Below, piece by piece: positions 11,595 through 20,461 of a stretch of DNA of 64,000 nt (within the stretch, counting starts at the first letter, position 1; each line of letters starts with the position of its first letter). The stretch is taken from NCBI RefSeq assembly GCF_003334305.1, contig NZ_QOWS01000017.1; one strand, written 5' to 3'. The stretch comes from Escherichia coli. GTDB taxonomy: Bacteria > Pseudomonadota > Gammaproteobacteria > Enterobacterales > Enterobacteriaceae. A model generated the notes under the pieces. It saw only the letters and a program-made list of their open reading frames with translations. It was not told the DNA's origin and did not search any database. A program made the position numbers and the translations under genes.

Positions 11595-12479
11595 ATGGAG
11601 GGACTGACAGTGGAATTTTCCGTATTAAGTAACAATCTGAAAATGTCGATGATGGGATTTGGTGTTTTTCAGGTTACCGATAAAAACGTGTGCAAACAGT
11701 CAGTGTTGAACGCTATCCGCACAGGTTATCGACTCATCGACACTGCAGCGGTATACGGTAATGAAGATGCCGTCGGTGAAGCCGTTCGTGAAGCTATATC
11801 TGAAGGTTTATGTACCCGAGATGAGTTATTTATAACGTCTAAATTGTGGGTGCAGGATATGTTGAATCAGGATACGGCAGCAGCAGGTATTGAAGCATCA
11901 TTAAAAAAATCGGGACTAGAGTACTTCGACCTCTATTTATTGCACCAGGCTATGCGCGATTATTTCAGTGCGTGGCGTGCACTCGAAGATGCCTATGAAG
12001 AGGGCAAATTAAAAGCAATTGGGGTTTCCAATTTCTATCCTCATGTTCTGGCGAACTTTTGTGAAACGGTAAGAGTTAAACCGATGGTCAACCAGGTCGA
12101 GTTGCATCCCTATTTTGCCCAACCAGAGGCGCTGGCAACCATGAAGTATTATAACGTGCAGCCTGAAGCATGGGCTCCGTTAGGTGGTGGACGACATAAA
12201 CCCTTTGAAAATAATCTGCTTCAGAGTATTGCAGATGCCCATCAAAAATCGATTTCTCAAGTCATTCTGCGTTGGAATATTCAACGGGGAGTGGTCGTTA
12301 TTCCGAAATCGACACATCAACAGCGTATCGAAGAAAATTTTGCTATCTGGGATTTCTCACTGACAGAGAAAGAAATGGCACAAATTAGTTCGCTTGATTT
12401 GGGTTATGTTGGGGAGTCGGTAAAACATTTTAATCCTGAATTTGTTCGTGGTTGTCTTGCTGTAAAAATACATGATTGA
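11595..12479 (+). CDS. Aldo-keto reductase family oxidoreductase
   Basis: Aldo-keto reductase motifs (GFGVFQV, IDTAAVYGNE, LWVQD, IPKSTHQQRIEENF); the true start may be the internal Met at 11643 (MSMMGFG...). Confidence 0.7.
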   Translation: MEGLTVEFSVLSNNLKMSMMGFGVFQVTDKNVCKQSVLNAIRTGYRLIDTAAVYGNEDAVGEAVREAISEGLCTRDELFITSKLWVQDMLNQDTAAAGIEASLKKSGLEYFDLYLLHQAMRDYFSAWRALEDAYEEGKLKAIGVSNFYPHVLANFCETVRVKPMVNQVELHPYFAQPEALATMKYYNVQPEAWAPLGGGRHKPFENNLLQSIADAHQKSISQVILRWNIQRGVVVIPKSTHQQRIEENFAIWDFSLTEKEMAQISSLDLGYVGESVKHFNPEFVRGCLAVKIHD

Positions 12480-12638
12480 TATTAATCATATATTTTACCT
12501 GAGACGACAAGAATCTTTTAACAGGGGAGTGATATTGATCTTCACTCTGTCATATCTCCGGTAATATGGCGTCAGGCTTCATCATCAGAAAGGGGGCCTG
12601 ACGCCTGAAAAAGTGAACAACAGACAGTGTTCGGATTA

Positions 12639-13232
12639 TCAATATTCAGTTTTTAACGTTGAACTGGATTCATTACTGCGTTGTTTAAGAATTTCCCGCG
12701 CCGAATCTGCCATTATCATGACAGCACCTGCCAGCATCAGAGTATCTTTCAATACCAGGCGACCAGCACCGGATAAATAAGGGAAACCATGATGAGCGTC
12801 ACCCAATGCGGGTACCCATGCCTCCGGGGTGGTGATTAAAAATGAGAGTGTTACCAGCGGCGTGGTAAATGCCATCAGTCCTCCCAATAAACCTAACCAG
12901 CGATTGACAGGATTAGCCAAAACCAGCAGAGCAATAATCACCTCCACGACGCCAAGACCGTTGGAAAAACCATAGGTATTATTGGCCGTTTGCCATGCCC
13001 TTGCTTCTGGTTTGTATTCGCCTTCGTGAGTCAGATACTGTTTATAGTCTTCCGGGTGTTCATAAAAGAACGACATTAGTGGACTGTTTGCGACGAATGG
13101 TGTAATGCTGTCTGCCTCGTAAGGGACAAACTTTAATAACCCAATCCACATAAAAACAATTGCAATACTCAGACGAATCAATGTCAGGCCAATTTTATCT
13201 CCCCGACTTAACAGGTGCAGGTATTTTTCCAT
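12639..13232 (-). CDS. rclC: RclC (YkgB) inner-membrane protein, DUF417 family, reactive-chlorine resistance
   Basis: Hydrophobic 197-aa protein (start taken at MEKYL); in the rclABC operon context. Confidence 0.85.
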   Translation of the reverse strand: MEKYLHLLSRGDKIGLTLIRLSIAIVFMWIGLLKFVPYEADSITPFVANSPLMSFFYEHPEDYKQYLTHEGEYKPEARAWQTANNTYGFSNGLGVVEVIIALLVLANPVNRWLGLLGGLMAFTTPLVTLSFLITTPEAWVPALGDAHHGFPYLSGAGRLVLKDTLMLAGAVMIMADSAREILKQRSNESSSTLKTEY

Positions 13233-13243
13233 TGTGAACATCC

Positions 13244-13480
13244 TTATTTATACAATACTGCTGTTGCGGTTGAATTATTATCAATTCGCATCGATGTGAC
13301 TTTCCAGGATGAAGCATTATATTTTCTGGCTATATCAGCAATGGTATCCTCCAGAACTGTCGGTGATGCTGATACTGACGAGACGCTGATATGTTTCAGA
13401 ATTATTTTATCATCTGCATTGGTGGAAAATGCCATAACGCCAGATAATAGTGTTGCAAATAAAACAGATTTTTTAAACAT
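13244..13480 (-). CDS. rclB: RclB (YkgI) small periplasmic protein, 78 aa
   Basis: Signal peptide MFKKSVLFATLLSGVMAFSTNA; lies between rclA and rclC. Confidence 0.8.
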   Translation of the reverse strand: MFKKSVLFATLLSGVMAFSTNADDKIILKHISVSSVSASPTVLEDTIADIARKYNASSWKVTSMRIDNNSTATAVLYK

Positions 13481-13588
13481 ATAAAATACCATCAATGAAG
13501 TGATTAAGAAGTTATAGAGTAACAGGGAATTAATAAGATTCTTTTCTCTGAGACGCCAGAATATTTGTTCTTGCGTCTGATTTTGAGT

Positions 13589-14914
13589 TTATTTGACTAA
13601 TGAAAATAGATCATTGAGTGATTCGCTCATCGACGGATGAGTAAATATCTGATCGCGTAATATGCTATAAGGCAGCCCGGCATCCATCACCATTTTCACT
13701 ATATTGATCATCTCGTGGGAGTCAACACACAGCAGTGATGCCCCTAATATACGTTGGGTTTTATTATCAACAATCGCTTTTAATACCCCACGAGTATCAT
13801 TCATCACTCTGGCACGCGGAATTGCAGCTACAGGCAATGTCACCACCTGAATATCAGCACCACTCTCTCTGGCCTGTTCTTCTGTCATACCAACCCTGGA
13901 CAGTGGCGGTGTCATGAATACGGAATAAGGCACATTTTTCCGATCATCAGTACTACGTCTGCCTTCTCCCAGCAACTCATCACGCACAATGCGGTAATCA
14001 TCCAGTGAAATATAAGTAAATTGCAGCCCGCCGGTAACATCTCCCATCGCCCAAATATTGTCTGCGGTGGTATGTAATTGCTTGTCAACGACAATTGCCC
14101 CGCGCTCGTTTACTGCGATACCGGCATTTTCTGGATGTAACGAAGCGGTAGCCGGTTGACGACCGGAAGCTATTAACAGTGCATCCACCGCCAGTTGGGC
14201 GTGCTCGCTATGCACTTGCACTTGATTTTCATTGTGACTGATTCGCTCCACATGGGCATTGAGGATAATATCGACGCCCTGATCGCGTAAAATCGTCGCG
14301 ATATTATCAGCAATATCCCGATCTTCCCGAGGCAAAAACAGCGAAGCTGCTTCTAAAATGGTTACCTTGCTGCCAAAATTAGCGAACATAGAGGCGAACT
14401 CAACGCCAATATATCCGCCGCCCAAAATACCTAAATGCCCAGGCAATTCTTTTAGATTAAGTAATCCGGTGCTGTCATATACACCAGGCGTGGTGGTAAT
14501 TCCAGGAATTGGCGGAACCACGGTTTGTGCACCGGTATTAATAAAAATTTTCTCGCCATGAATTTCCAGATTTCCCTCAGGCCGATGAACACGCAGGCTA
14601 TGATTATTGATAAACTCCGCCTGGCCGTCGATCACGTCGATATTGGGCATATCCGCAAGATTATGAAAATTCTTATTACGTAAAAAATTAACCACTTCAT
14701 TTTTACGCTGTATGGCACGGACAAAATCTGTGTGCTGCTGTGCGTCATGAACCAATGTTTTGGTTGGGATGCAGCCGATATTAATACAGGTCCCGCCATA
14801 CATTGCATTTGATTGTTCGATGAGAGCCACTCGCCAACCTGCTTTTGCCAGCGTGACGGCTAATGTTTTTCCAGCCTTGCCAAAACCAATAATCACTGCC
14901 TGATATTTATTCAT
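13589..14914 (-). CDS. rclA: RclA (YkgC) pyridine nucleotide-disulfide oxidoreductase, 441 aa
   Basis: FAD-binding GxGxxG motif (VIIGFGKAGKT) and redox-active CxxxxC (GGTCINIGCIPTK); start at MNKYQ with an AGGAAA ribosome-binding site. Confidence 0.9.
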   Translation of the reverse strand: MNKYQAVIIGFGKAGKTLAVTLAKAGWRVALIEQSNAMYGGTCINIGCIPTKTLVHDAQQHTDFVRAIQRKNEVVNFLRNKNFHNLADMPNIDVIDGQAEFINNHSLRVHRPEGNLEIHGEKIFINTGAQTVVPPIPGITTTPGVYDSTGLLNLKELPGHLGILGGGYIGVEFASMFANFGSKVTILEAASLFLPREDRDIADNIATILRDQGVDIILNAHVERISHNENQVQVHSEHAQLAVDALLIASGRQPATASLHPENAGIAVNERGAIVVDKQLHTTADNIWAMGDVTGGLQFTYISLDDYRIVRDELLGEGRRSTDDRKNVPYSVFMTPPLSRVGMTEEQARESGADIQVVTLPVAAIPRARVMNDTRGVLKAIVDNKTQRILGASLLCVDSHEMINIVKMVMDAGLPYSILRDQIFTHPSMSESLNDLFSLVK

Positions 14915-15139
14915 GATGATTTCCTGTCGAAACGCGTTCATTTGACATCATGACTATAGACGCAAAAGAGCAAATACCATTTCTTCACAACGCTTGATAT
15001 TTTGTCTTATCGTCTGGTATTTTCTTTTTCTTAATCAGAATCACAAAACAAAAATCATGATTAACCATTTGATGGTATTAGATTAGTTATTTACTAAGAT
15101 TGTTGGTGTTTGTAATCAAAAACCACTCAGGAGTCTGAT

Positions 15140-15994
15140 ATGGATGCCCTTAGCCGTTTGTTGATGCTTAACGCTCCACAAGGAACGATCGATAAGAATT
15201 GCGTGTTAGGAAGTGACTGGCAGCTTCCACATGGTGCCGGGGAATTATCGGTTATTCGTTGGCATGCGTTAACGCAAGGAGCGGCGAAGCTGGAAATGCC
15301 GACGGGAGAGATTTTTACATTACGCCCGGGAAATGTGGTCCTGCTACCACAAAATTCAGCTCATCGCCTGAGTCATGTCGATAATGAATCGACCTGTATT
15401 GTCTGCGGCACTCTTCGGTTGCAACATTCGGCGCGTTATTTTTTAACGTCTTTGCCGGAAACGCTGTTTTTAGCACCGGTTAACCACAGCGTGGAATATA
15501 ACTGGCTGAGGGAGGCGATCCCGTTTTTACAACAGGAATCCAGATCGGCGATGCCGGGAGTGGATGCACTGTGTAGCCAGATCTGCGCTACATTCTTTAC
15601 CCTCGCGGTGCGTGAGTGGATTGCACAGGTTAATACTGAGAAAAACATTCTCAGTTTGCTTCTGCATCCACGTCTTGGTGCGGTAATACAGCAAATGCTG
15701 GAAATGCCAGGACACGCCTGGACCGTCGAATCGCTGGCCAGCATCGCTCACATGTCCCGGGCAAGTTTTGCCCAGCTTTTCCGTGATGTTTCCGGAACCA
15801 CGCCGCTGGCTGTATTAACAAAGTTGCGTCTACAAATAGCGGCCCAGATGTTTTCCCGGGAAATGCTCCCTGTTGTGGTGATCGCTGAGTCAGTAGGCTA
15901 TGCCAGTGAATCATCTTTTCACAAGGCGTTTGTCCGCGAGTTTGGTTGTACTCCGGGAGAATATCGGGAAAGGGTCAGACAGCTTGCACCCTGA
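15140..15994 (+). CDS. rclR: RclR (YkgD) AraC-family redox-sensing activator of rclABC
   Basis: 284-aa ORF with a C-terminal AraC helix-turn-helix; divergent from rclA. Confidence 0.9.
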   Translation: MDALSRLLMLNAPQGTIDKNCVLGSDWQLPHGAGELSVIRWHALTQGAAKLEMPTGEIFTLRPGNVVLLPQNSAHRLSHVDNESTCIVCGTLRLQHSARYFLTSLPETLFLAPVNHSVEYNWLREAIPFLQQESRSAMPGVDALCSQICATFFTLAVREWIAQVNTEKNILSLLLHPRLGAVIQQMLEMPGHAWTVESLASIAHMSRASFAQLFRDVSGTTPLAVLTKLRLQIAAQMFSREMLPVVVIAESVGYASESSFHKAFVREFGCTPGEYRERVRQLAP

Positions 15995-16521
15995 ATAAAA
16001 CCGCCAGAAATCAGGGCAAAGATAATCCGCATTCCGGGAGTTGTGAGCCTTTCAACTATTTCTATTTCCAACGGTGGTTTGGGCTTTATATATTTTTTTT
16101 CTGATGGACTCTAGCTCAGTTTTTAAATAAAAATGCAAACTAAATTGCTTCAATTAAATAAAACCCCGACTATTACTTGATACGTGATTATTGTCGGTGA
16201 TTTTTTTGTACACCATCAGTGTATATCTCAATAACCCCTGAATAAGTAGCTCTGAATAGGTATAAGGGATGTAGCCTTTTTAAATGGATTTCTTATGCCA
16301 AAAATGAACGTCGATTTCCCCATAAAATGTGAGCGATGCCGAAAGAAATAAAATTAGTTATTGCATTTGAAGTTTGGATGAAAGATCATCATTTGTCATA
16401 CAAATGAGGGGTGGTATGTTGCTAGCCAATTAAAAAAGAACGCCATATTTATTGATGATTGATCCCCCGGTGGGGGGGAAACATCGGGCATAAATGGGCA
16501 TGAAGTAATGGAGTATTAGTT

Positions 16522-17241
16522 GTGAATGTCAATTTCTTTGTCACCTGTATTGGTGACGCCCTGAAATCAAGAATGGCACGAGACTCCGTGCTGCTACTGG
16601 AAAAACTCGGCTGTCGCGTAAATTTCCCGGAGAAACAGGGATGCTGCGGTCAGCCTGCGATCAATAGCGGTTATATCAAAGAAGCGATTCCAGGGATGAA
16701 AAATCTGATCGCCGCACTGGAGGATAACGACGATCCCATTATTTCACCGGCTGGCTCTTGCACCTATGCCGTAAAAAGTTACCCGACGTATCTGGCGGAT
16801 GAACCTGAATGGGCATCACGTGCCGAAAAGGTTGCCGCGCGTATGCAGGATCTCACCTCTTTTATTGTTAATAAATTAGGGGTAGTCGATGTAGGTGCCA
16901 GTTTGCAAGGGAGAGCTGTGTATCACCCATCTTGTAGCCTGGCCCGTAAGCTGGGAGTGAAGGACGAGCCACTTACGCTGCTGAAAAATGTGCGTGGACT
17001 GGAGCTGTTGACCTTTGCTGAACAGGATACCTGCTGCGGATTTGGCGGCACGTTCTCGGTCAAAATGGCCGAAATATCCGGCGAGATGGTGAAAGAAAAG
17101 GTTGTGCACCTGATGGAAGTCCGCCCTGAGTATTTAATTGGTGCTGACGTGAGTTGCCTGCTGAACATCAGTGGGCGATTACAACGGGAAGGGCAGAAAG
17201 TCAAAGTGATGCATATTGCTGAAGTGTTGATGAGCCGCTGA
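16522..17241 (+). CDS. ykgE: YkgE (LutA-like) cysteine-rich Fe-S oxidoreductase subunit
   Basis: Two CCG motifs (QGCCGQP, DTCCGFGG); GTG start with a GGAG ribosome-binding site 7 nt upstream; first gene of ykgEFG. Confidence 0.85.
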   Translation: MNVNFFVTCIGDALKSRMARDSVLLLEKLGCRVNFPEKQGCCGQPAINSGYIKEAIPGMKNLIAALEDNDDPIISPAGSCTYAVKSYPTYLADEPEWASRAEKVAARMQDLTSFIVNKLGVVDVGASLQGRAVYHPSCSLARKLGVKDEPLTLLKNVRGLELLTFAEQDTCCGFGGTFSVKMAEISGEMVKEKVVHLMEVRPEYLIGADVSCLLNISGRLQREGQKVKVMHIAEVLMSR

Positions 17242-17251
17242 GGATATAAAG

Positions 17252-18679
17252 ATGTCGATCAAAACCAGTAATACAGATTTTAAGACACGCATCCGTCAGC
17301 AAATTGAAGATCCGATCATGCGCAAAGCGGTGGCAAACGCGCAGCAGCGTATTGGGGCAAATCGGCAAAAAATGGTCGATGAATTGGGGCACTGGGAGGA
17401 GTGGCGCGATCGGGCCGCCCAGATACGTGATCATGTTCTGAGTAATCTCGACGCTTATCTGTACCAGCTCTCAGAAAAAGTGACGCAAAACGGCGGTCAC
17501 GTCTGGTTTGCAAAAACCAAAGAAGACGCTACCCGCTACATTTTACAGGTTGCCCAACGCAAAAATGCCCGGAAGGTGGTGAAATCTAAATCGATGGTGA
17601 CCGAAGAGATTGGTGTCAATCATGTGTTGCAGGATGCTGGCATTCAGGTGATTGAAACCGATCTGGGTGAATATATTCTCCAGCTGGATCAAGATCCGCC
17701 ATCTCATGTTGTGGTCCCGGCAATTCATAAAGATCGCCATCAGATCCGTCGAGTGCTACACGAACGTCTGGGCTATGAGGGGCCGGAAACGCCTGAAGCG
17801 ATGACCTTATTCATCCGGCAAAAAATCCGCGAAGATTTCCTCAGTGCTGAAATAGGTATTACCGGCTGTAATTTCGCGGTGGCAGAGACAGGTTCGGTAT
17901 GCCTGGTGACCAATGAAGGTAATGCGCGAATGTGTACCACGCTGCCTAAAACGCATATTGCAGTGATGGGAATGGAGCGTATTGCCCCCACGTTTGCCGA
18001 GGTAGATGTATTGATCACCATGCTGGCGCGCAGTGCCGTTGGTGCACGTTTGACGGGATACAACACCTGGCTGACAGGACCGCGCGAAGCGGGGCACGTT
18101 GATGGTCCTGAAGAGTTTCATCTGGTTATTGTCGATAACGGGCGTTCTGAGGTGCTGGCCTCTGAATTTCGGGATGTGCTGCGCTGTATTCGCTGCGGGG
18201 CTTGTATGAATACTTGTCCGGCATATCGCCATATTGGCGGTCATGGATATGGCTCTATTTATCCAGGGCCAATTGGTGCGGTGATTTCTCCGCTACTTGG
18301 CGGCTATAAAGATTTTAAAGATTTACCCTACGCCTGCTCTTTATGCACTGCTTGTGACAGCGTGTGTCCGGTGCGTATTCCGCTGTCAAAACTGATTTTG
18401 CGTCATCGTCGGGTGATGGCTGAAAAAGGGATCACCGCAAAAGCAGAGCAACGGGCGATAAAAATGTTCGCTTATGCCAATAGTCATCCAGGATTGTGGA
18501 AAGTCGGGATGATGGCCGGTGCTCATGCGGCAAGCTGGTTTATCAATGGCGGCAAAACACCACTCAAATTTGGCGCAATTAGCGACTGGATGGAAGCACG
18601 CGATCTTCCTGAAGCTGACGGAGAGAGTTTCCGTAGTTGGTTTAAGAAACATCAGGCGCAGGAGAAAAAGAATGGATAA
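17252..18679 (+). CDS. ykgF: YkgF (LutB-like) 4Fe-4S ferredoxin-type protein
   Basis: Ferredoxin cysteine clusters CIRCGACMNTCP and CSLCTACDSVCP; 475 aa. Confidence 0.85.
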   Translation: MSIKTSNTDFKTRIRQQIEDPIMRKAVANAQQRIGANRQKMVDELGHWEEWRDRAAQIRDHVLSNLDAYLYQLSEKVTQNGGHVWFAKTKEDATRYILQVAQRKNARKVVKSKSMVTEEIGVNHVLQDAGIQVIETDLGEYILQLDQDPPSHVVVPAIHKDRHQIRRVLHERLGYEGPETPEAMTLFIRQKIREDFLSAEIGITGCNFAVAETGSVCLVTNEGNARMCTTLPKTHIAVMGMERIAPTFAEVDVLITMLARSAVGARLTGYNTWLTGPREAGHVDGPEEFHLVIVDNGRSEVLASEFRDVLRCIRCGACMNTCPAYRHIGGHGYGSIYPGPIGAVISPLLGGYKDFKDLPYACSLCTACDSVCPVRIPLSKLILRHRRVMAEKGITAKAEQRAIKMFAYANSHPGLWKVGMMAGAHAASWFINGGKTPLKFGAISDWMEARDLPEADGESFRSWFKKHQAQEKKNG

Positions 18680-19367
18680 TCGGAGCGAATTTTTGAATAA
18701 CGTTGCTCAGGCACTGGGTCGCCCGCTGCGACTTGAACCGCAAGCAGAAGATGCGCCGCTTAACAACTATGCTAACGAGCGGCTTACCCAACTTAACCAA
18801 CAGCAGCGCTGTGACGCGTTTATTCAGTTTGCCAGCGATGTTATGTTGACGCGCTGTGAGCTGACCAGCGAGGCGAAGGCGGCAGAAGCTGCAATACGTC
18901 TGTGTAAAGAGCTGGGAGATCAGTCGGTCATGATTAGCGGTGACACGAGGCTGGAGGAATTGGGGATTAGCGAACGTTTGCAGCAGGAATGCAATGCCGT
19001 TGTTTGGGATCCGGCGAAAGGTGCCGAGAATATCTCGCAGGCAGAGCAGGCTAAAGTGGGTGTCGTGTATGCTGAATATGGTTTAACCGAATCGGGAGGC
19101 GTGGTTCTTTTTTCCGCCGCCGAGCGCGGGCGTTCATTGAGCCTGCTCCCGGAATCTTCTCTTTTTATCCTGCGTAAAAGCACAATCCTGCCGCGTGTAG
19201 CGCAACTCGCAGAAAAATTGCATCAGAAAGCGCAGGCCGGTGAACGAATGCCGTCCTGCATTAACATCATTAGCGGCCCTAGTTCAACGGCGGATATTGA
19301 GCTTATCAAAGTCGTCGGGGTTCATGGCCCGGTGAAAGCGGTGTATCTGATTATTGAGGATTGCTGA
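18672..19367 (+). CDS. ykgG: YkgG (LutC-like) protein, 231 aa
   Basis: Starts MDNRSEFLNNVAQALGR, overlapping the end of ykgF by 8 nt (translational coupling). Confidence 0.85.
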   Translation: MDNRSEFLNNVAQALGRPLRLEPQAEDAPLNNYANERLTQLNQQQRCDAFIQFASDVMLTRCELTSEAKAAEAAIRLCKELGDQSVMISGDTRLEELGISERLQQECNAVVWDPAKGAENISQAEQAKVGVVYAEYGLTESGGVVLFSAAERGRSLSLLPESSLFILRKSTILPRVAQLAEKLHQKAQAGERMPSCINIISGPSSTADIELIKVVGVHGPVKAVYLIIEDC

Positions 19368-19473
19368 GAGAGATATGAGATCTGAACATAAACCTGAAGA
19401 AGGCATACGAGGTTGAAAATAGCGTTAAGGACAACCTGACTTAACCCCGTTCCGTCATGGTTATGCTGCTCTT

Positions 19474-19514
19474 CTGTAAATATCCTGGCATTAGTAATGC
19501 CAGGATATTTACAG
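19474..19514. repeat. 41-bp perfect palindrome between convergent ykgG and ykgH
   Basis: ctgtaaatatcctggcatta-g-taatgccaggatatttacag: two 20-nt arms that are exact reverse complements around a single central base. Confidence 0.6.
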
Positions 19515-19609
19515 TGAAAAAGACAGGCATCCATTCCTGAAAACGGGTTCCCTTCCCGGTCATTGTCACTTCAGCTTTATACAGGCACTCTCTATCAGAA
19601 TGTTGTTTA

Positions 19610-20278
19610 TTACTGCCCAGAGTTTTGTTGGTATTCATCTACCATTTTTTTGACAAGGCAAAACATTACAGAAATTACAATGCTTAGAAAAAATCCCAGA
19701 GCCAGGCAAATGGCAGCAGGGTATTTATTTTTTATTTCTGGTGAGCTTATAGTTACACAGCCATCACCGTTCGGATACAATGACCAGTTCCTGGTCAGGT
19801 ATATCATTTTTGTATAAAGCTCACTGTTAATTGCTGAAGGCGTTTGTATCTCATCGAGAACTTGCCTGCCATTATGATATTCTGACGCATACCATTTGAT
19901 AATAGAGGCCTGCACGCGAGATATTTCCTCTTCAGCAGTTGGTAAAGCTCTCTTATCTCCTGACCATTCCAGCCTTATTTCTCTGTTCTTGACATCTGGG
20001 CTGGTCTGAAAAAATGTAGTAATTCGCTGAATAACATCTTCAGTCATTGTGGTCTGACAGGCAAAATTATTATTGCTATCACAGCTAACAAGTATACCTG
20101 GCGTTGTCTGGTTTATTTTTAGGCTGTAAATCACTTTTATATTGTCTTTATTGATAAACAGAAACAACAGCACCATAGCCATACATATAGCCATAATAAA
20201 AAGGATAACACGAATCTTTTTCTTCAGATAAAATAAAATCTCAATCAGATCGATATCCTGTTTGATTTGTTCACGCAT
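19610..20278 (-). CDS. ykgH: YkgH inner-membrane protein, 222 aa
   Basis: Transmembrane segments near both the N- and C-termini; conserved position between ykgG and the bet region. Confidence 0.8.
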   Translation of the reverse strand: MREQIKQDIDLIEILFYLKKKIRVILFIMAICMAMVLLFLFINKDNIKVIYSLKINQTTPGILVSCDSNNNFACQTTMTEDVIQRITTFFQTSPDVKNREIRLEWSGDKRALPTAEEEISRVQASIIKWYASEYHNGRQVLDEIQTPSAINSELYTKMIYLTRNWSLYPNGDGCVTISSPEIKNKYPAAICLALGFFLSIVISVMFCLVKKMVDEYQQNSGQ

Positions 20279-20461
20279 AATATATCCAGAAAATAAAATC
20301 TGCCGCAGATAAGGTTGTATTAATAGCCTGTATCAGGAATGTTCGGGGTAAATATCAGCAAAAAACCAGCATCATGAATACTGGATGTTTATAGCCTGCA
20401 GGCAGCAGTATGCTGCCTGCAGGGGGTATAACAGTCGACAGGGGAACCGACTGCTTTATTC

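Noticed and set aside
12568-12605. Hairpin (ggcgtcaggc / gcctgacgcc) between the aldo-keto reductase gene and rclC, as a possible terminator
   Set aside because: The loop is 18 nt and no U-run follows the stem on either strand; not convincing as an intrinsic terminator.
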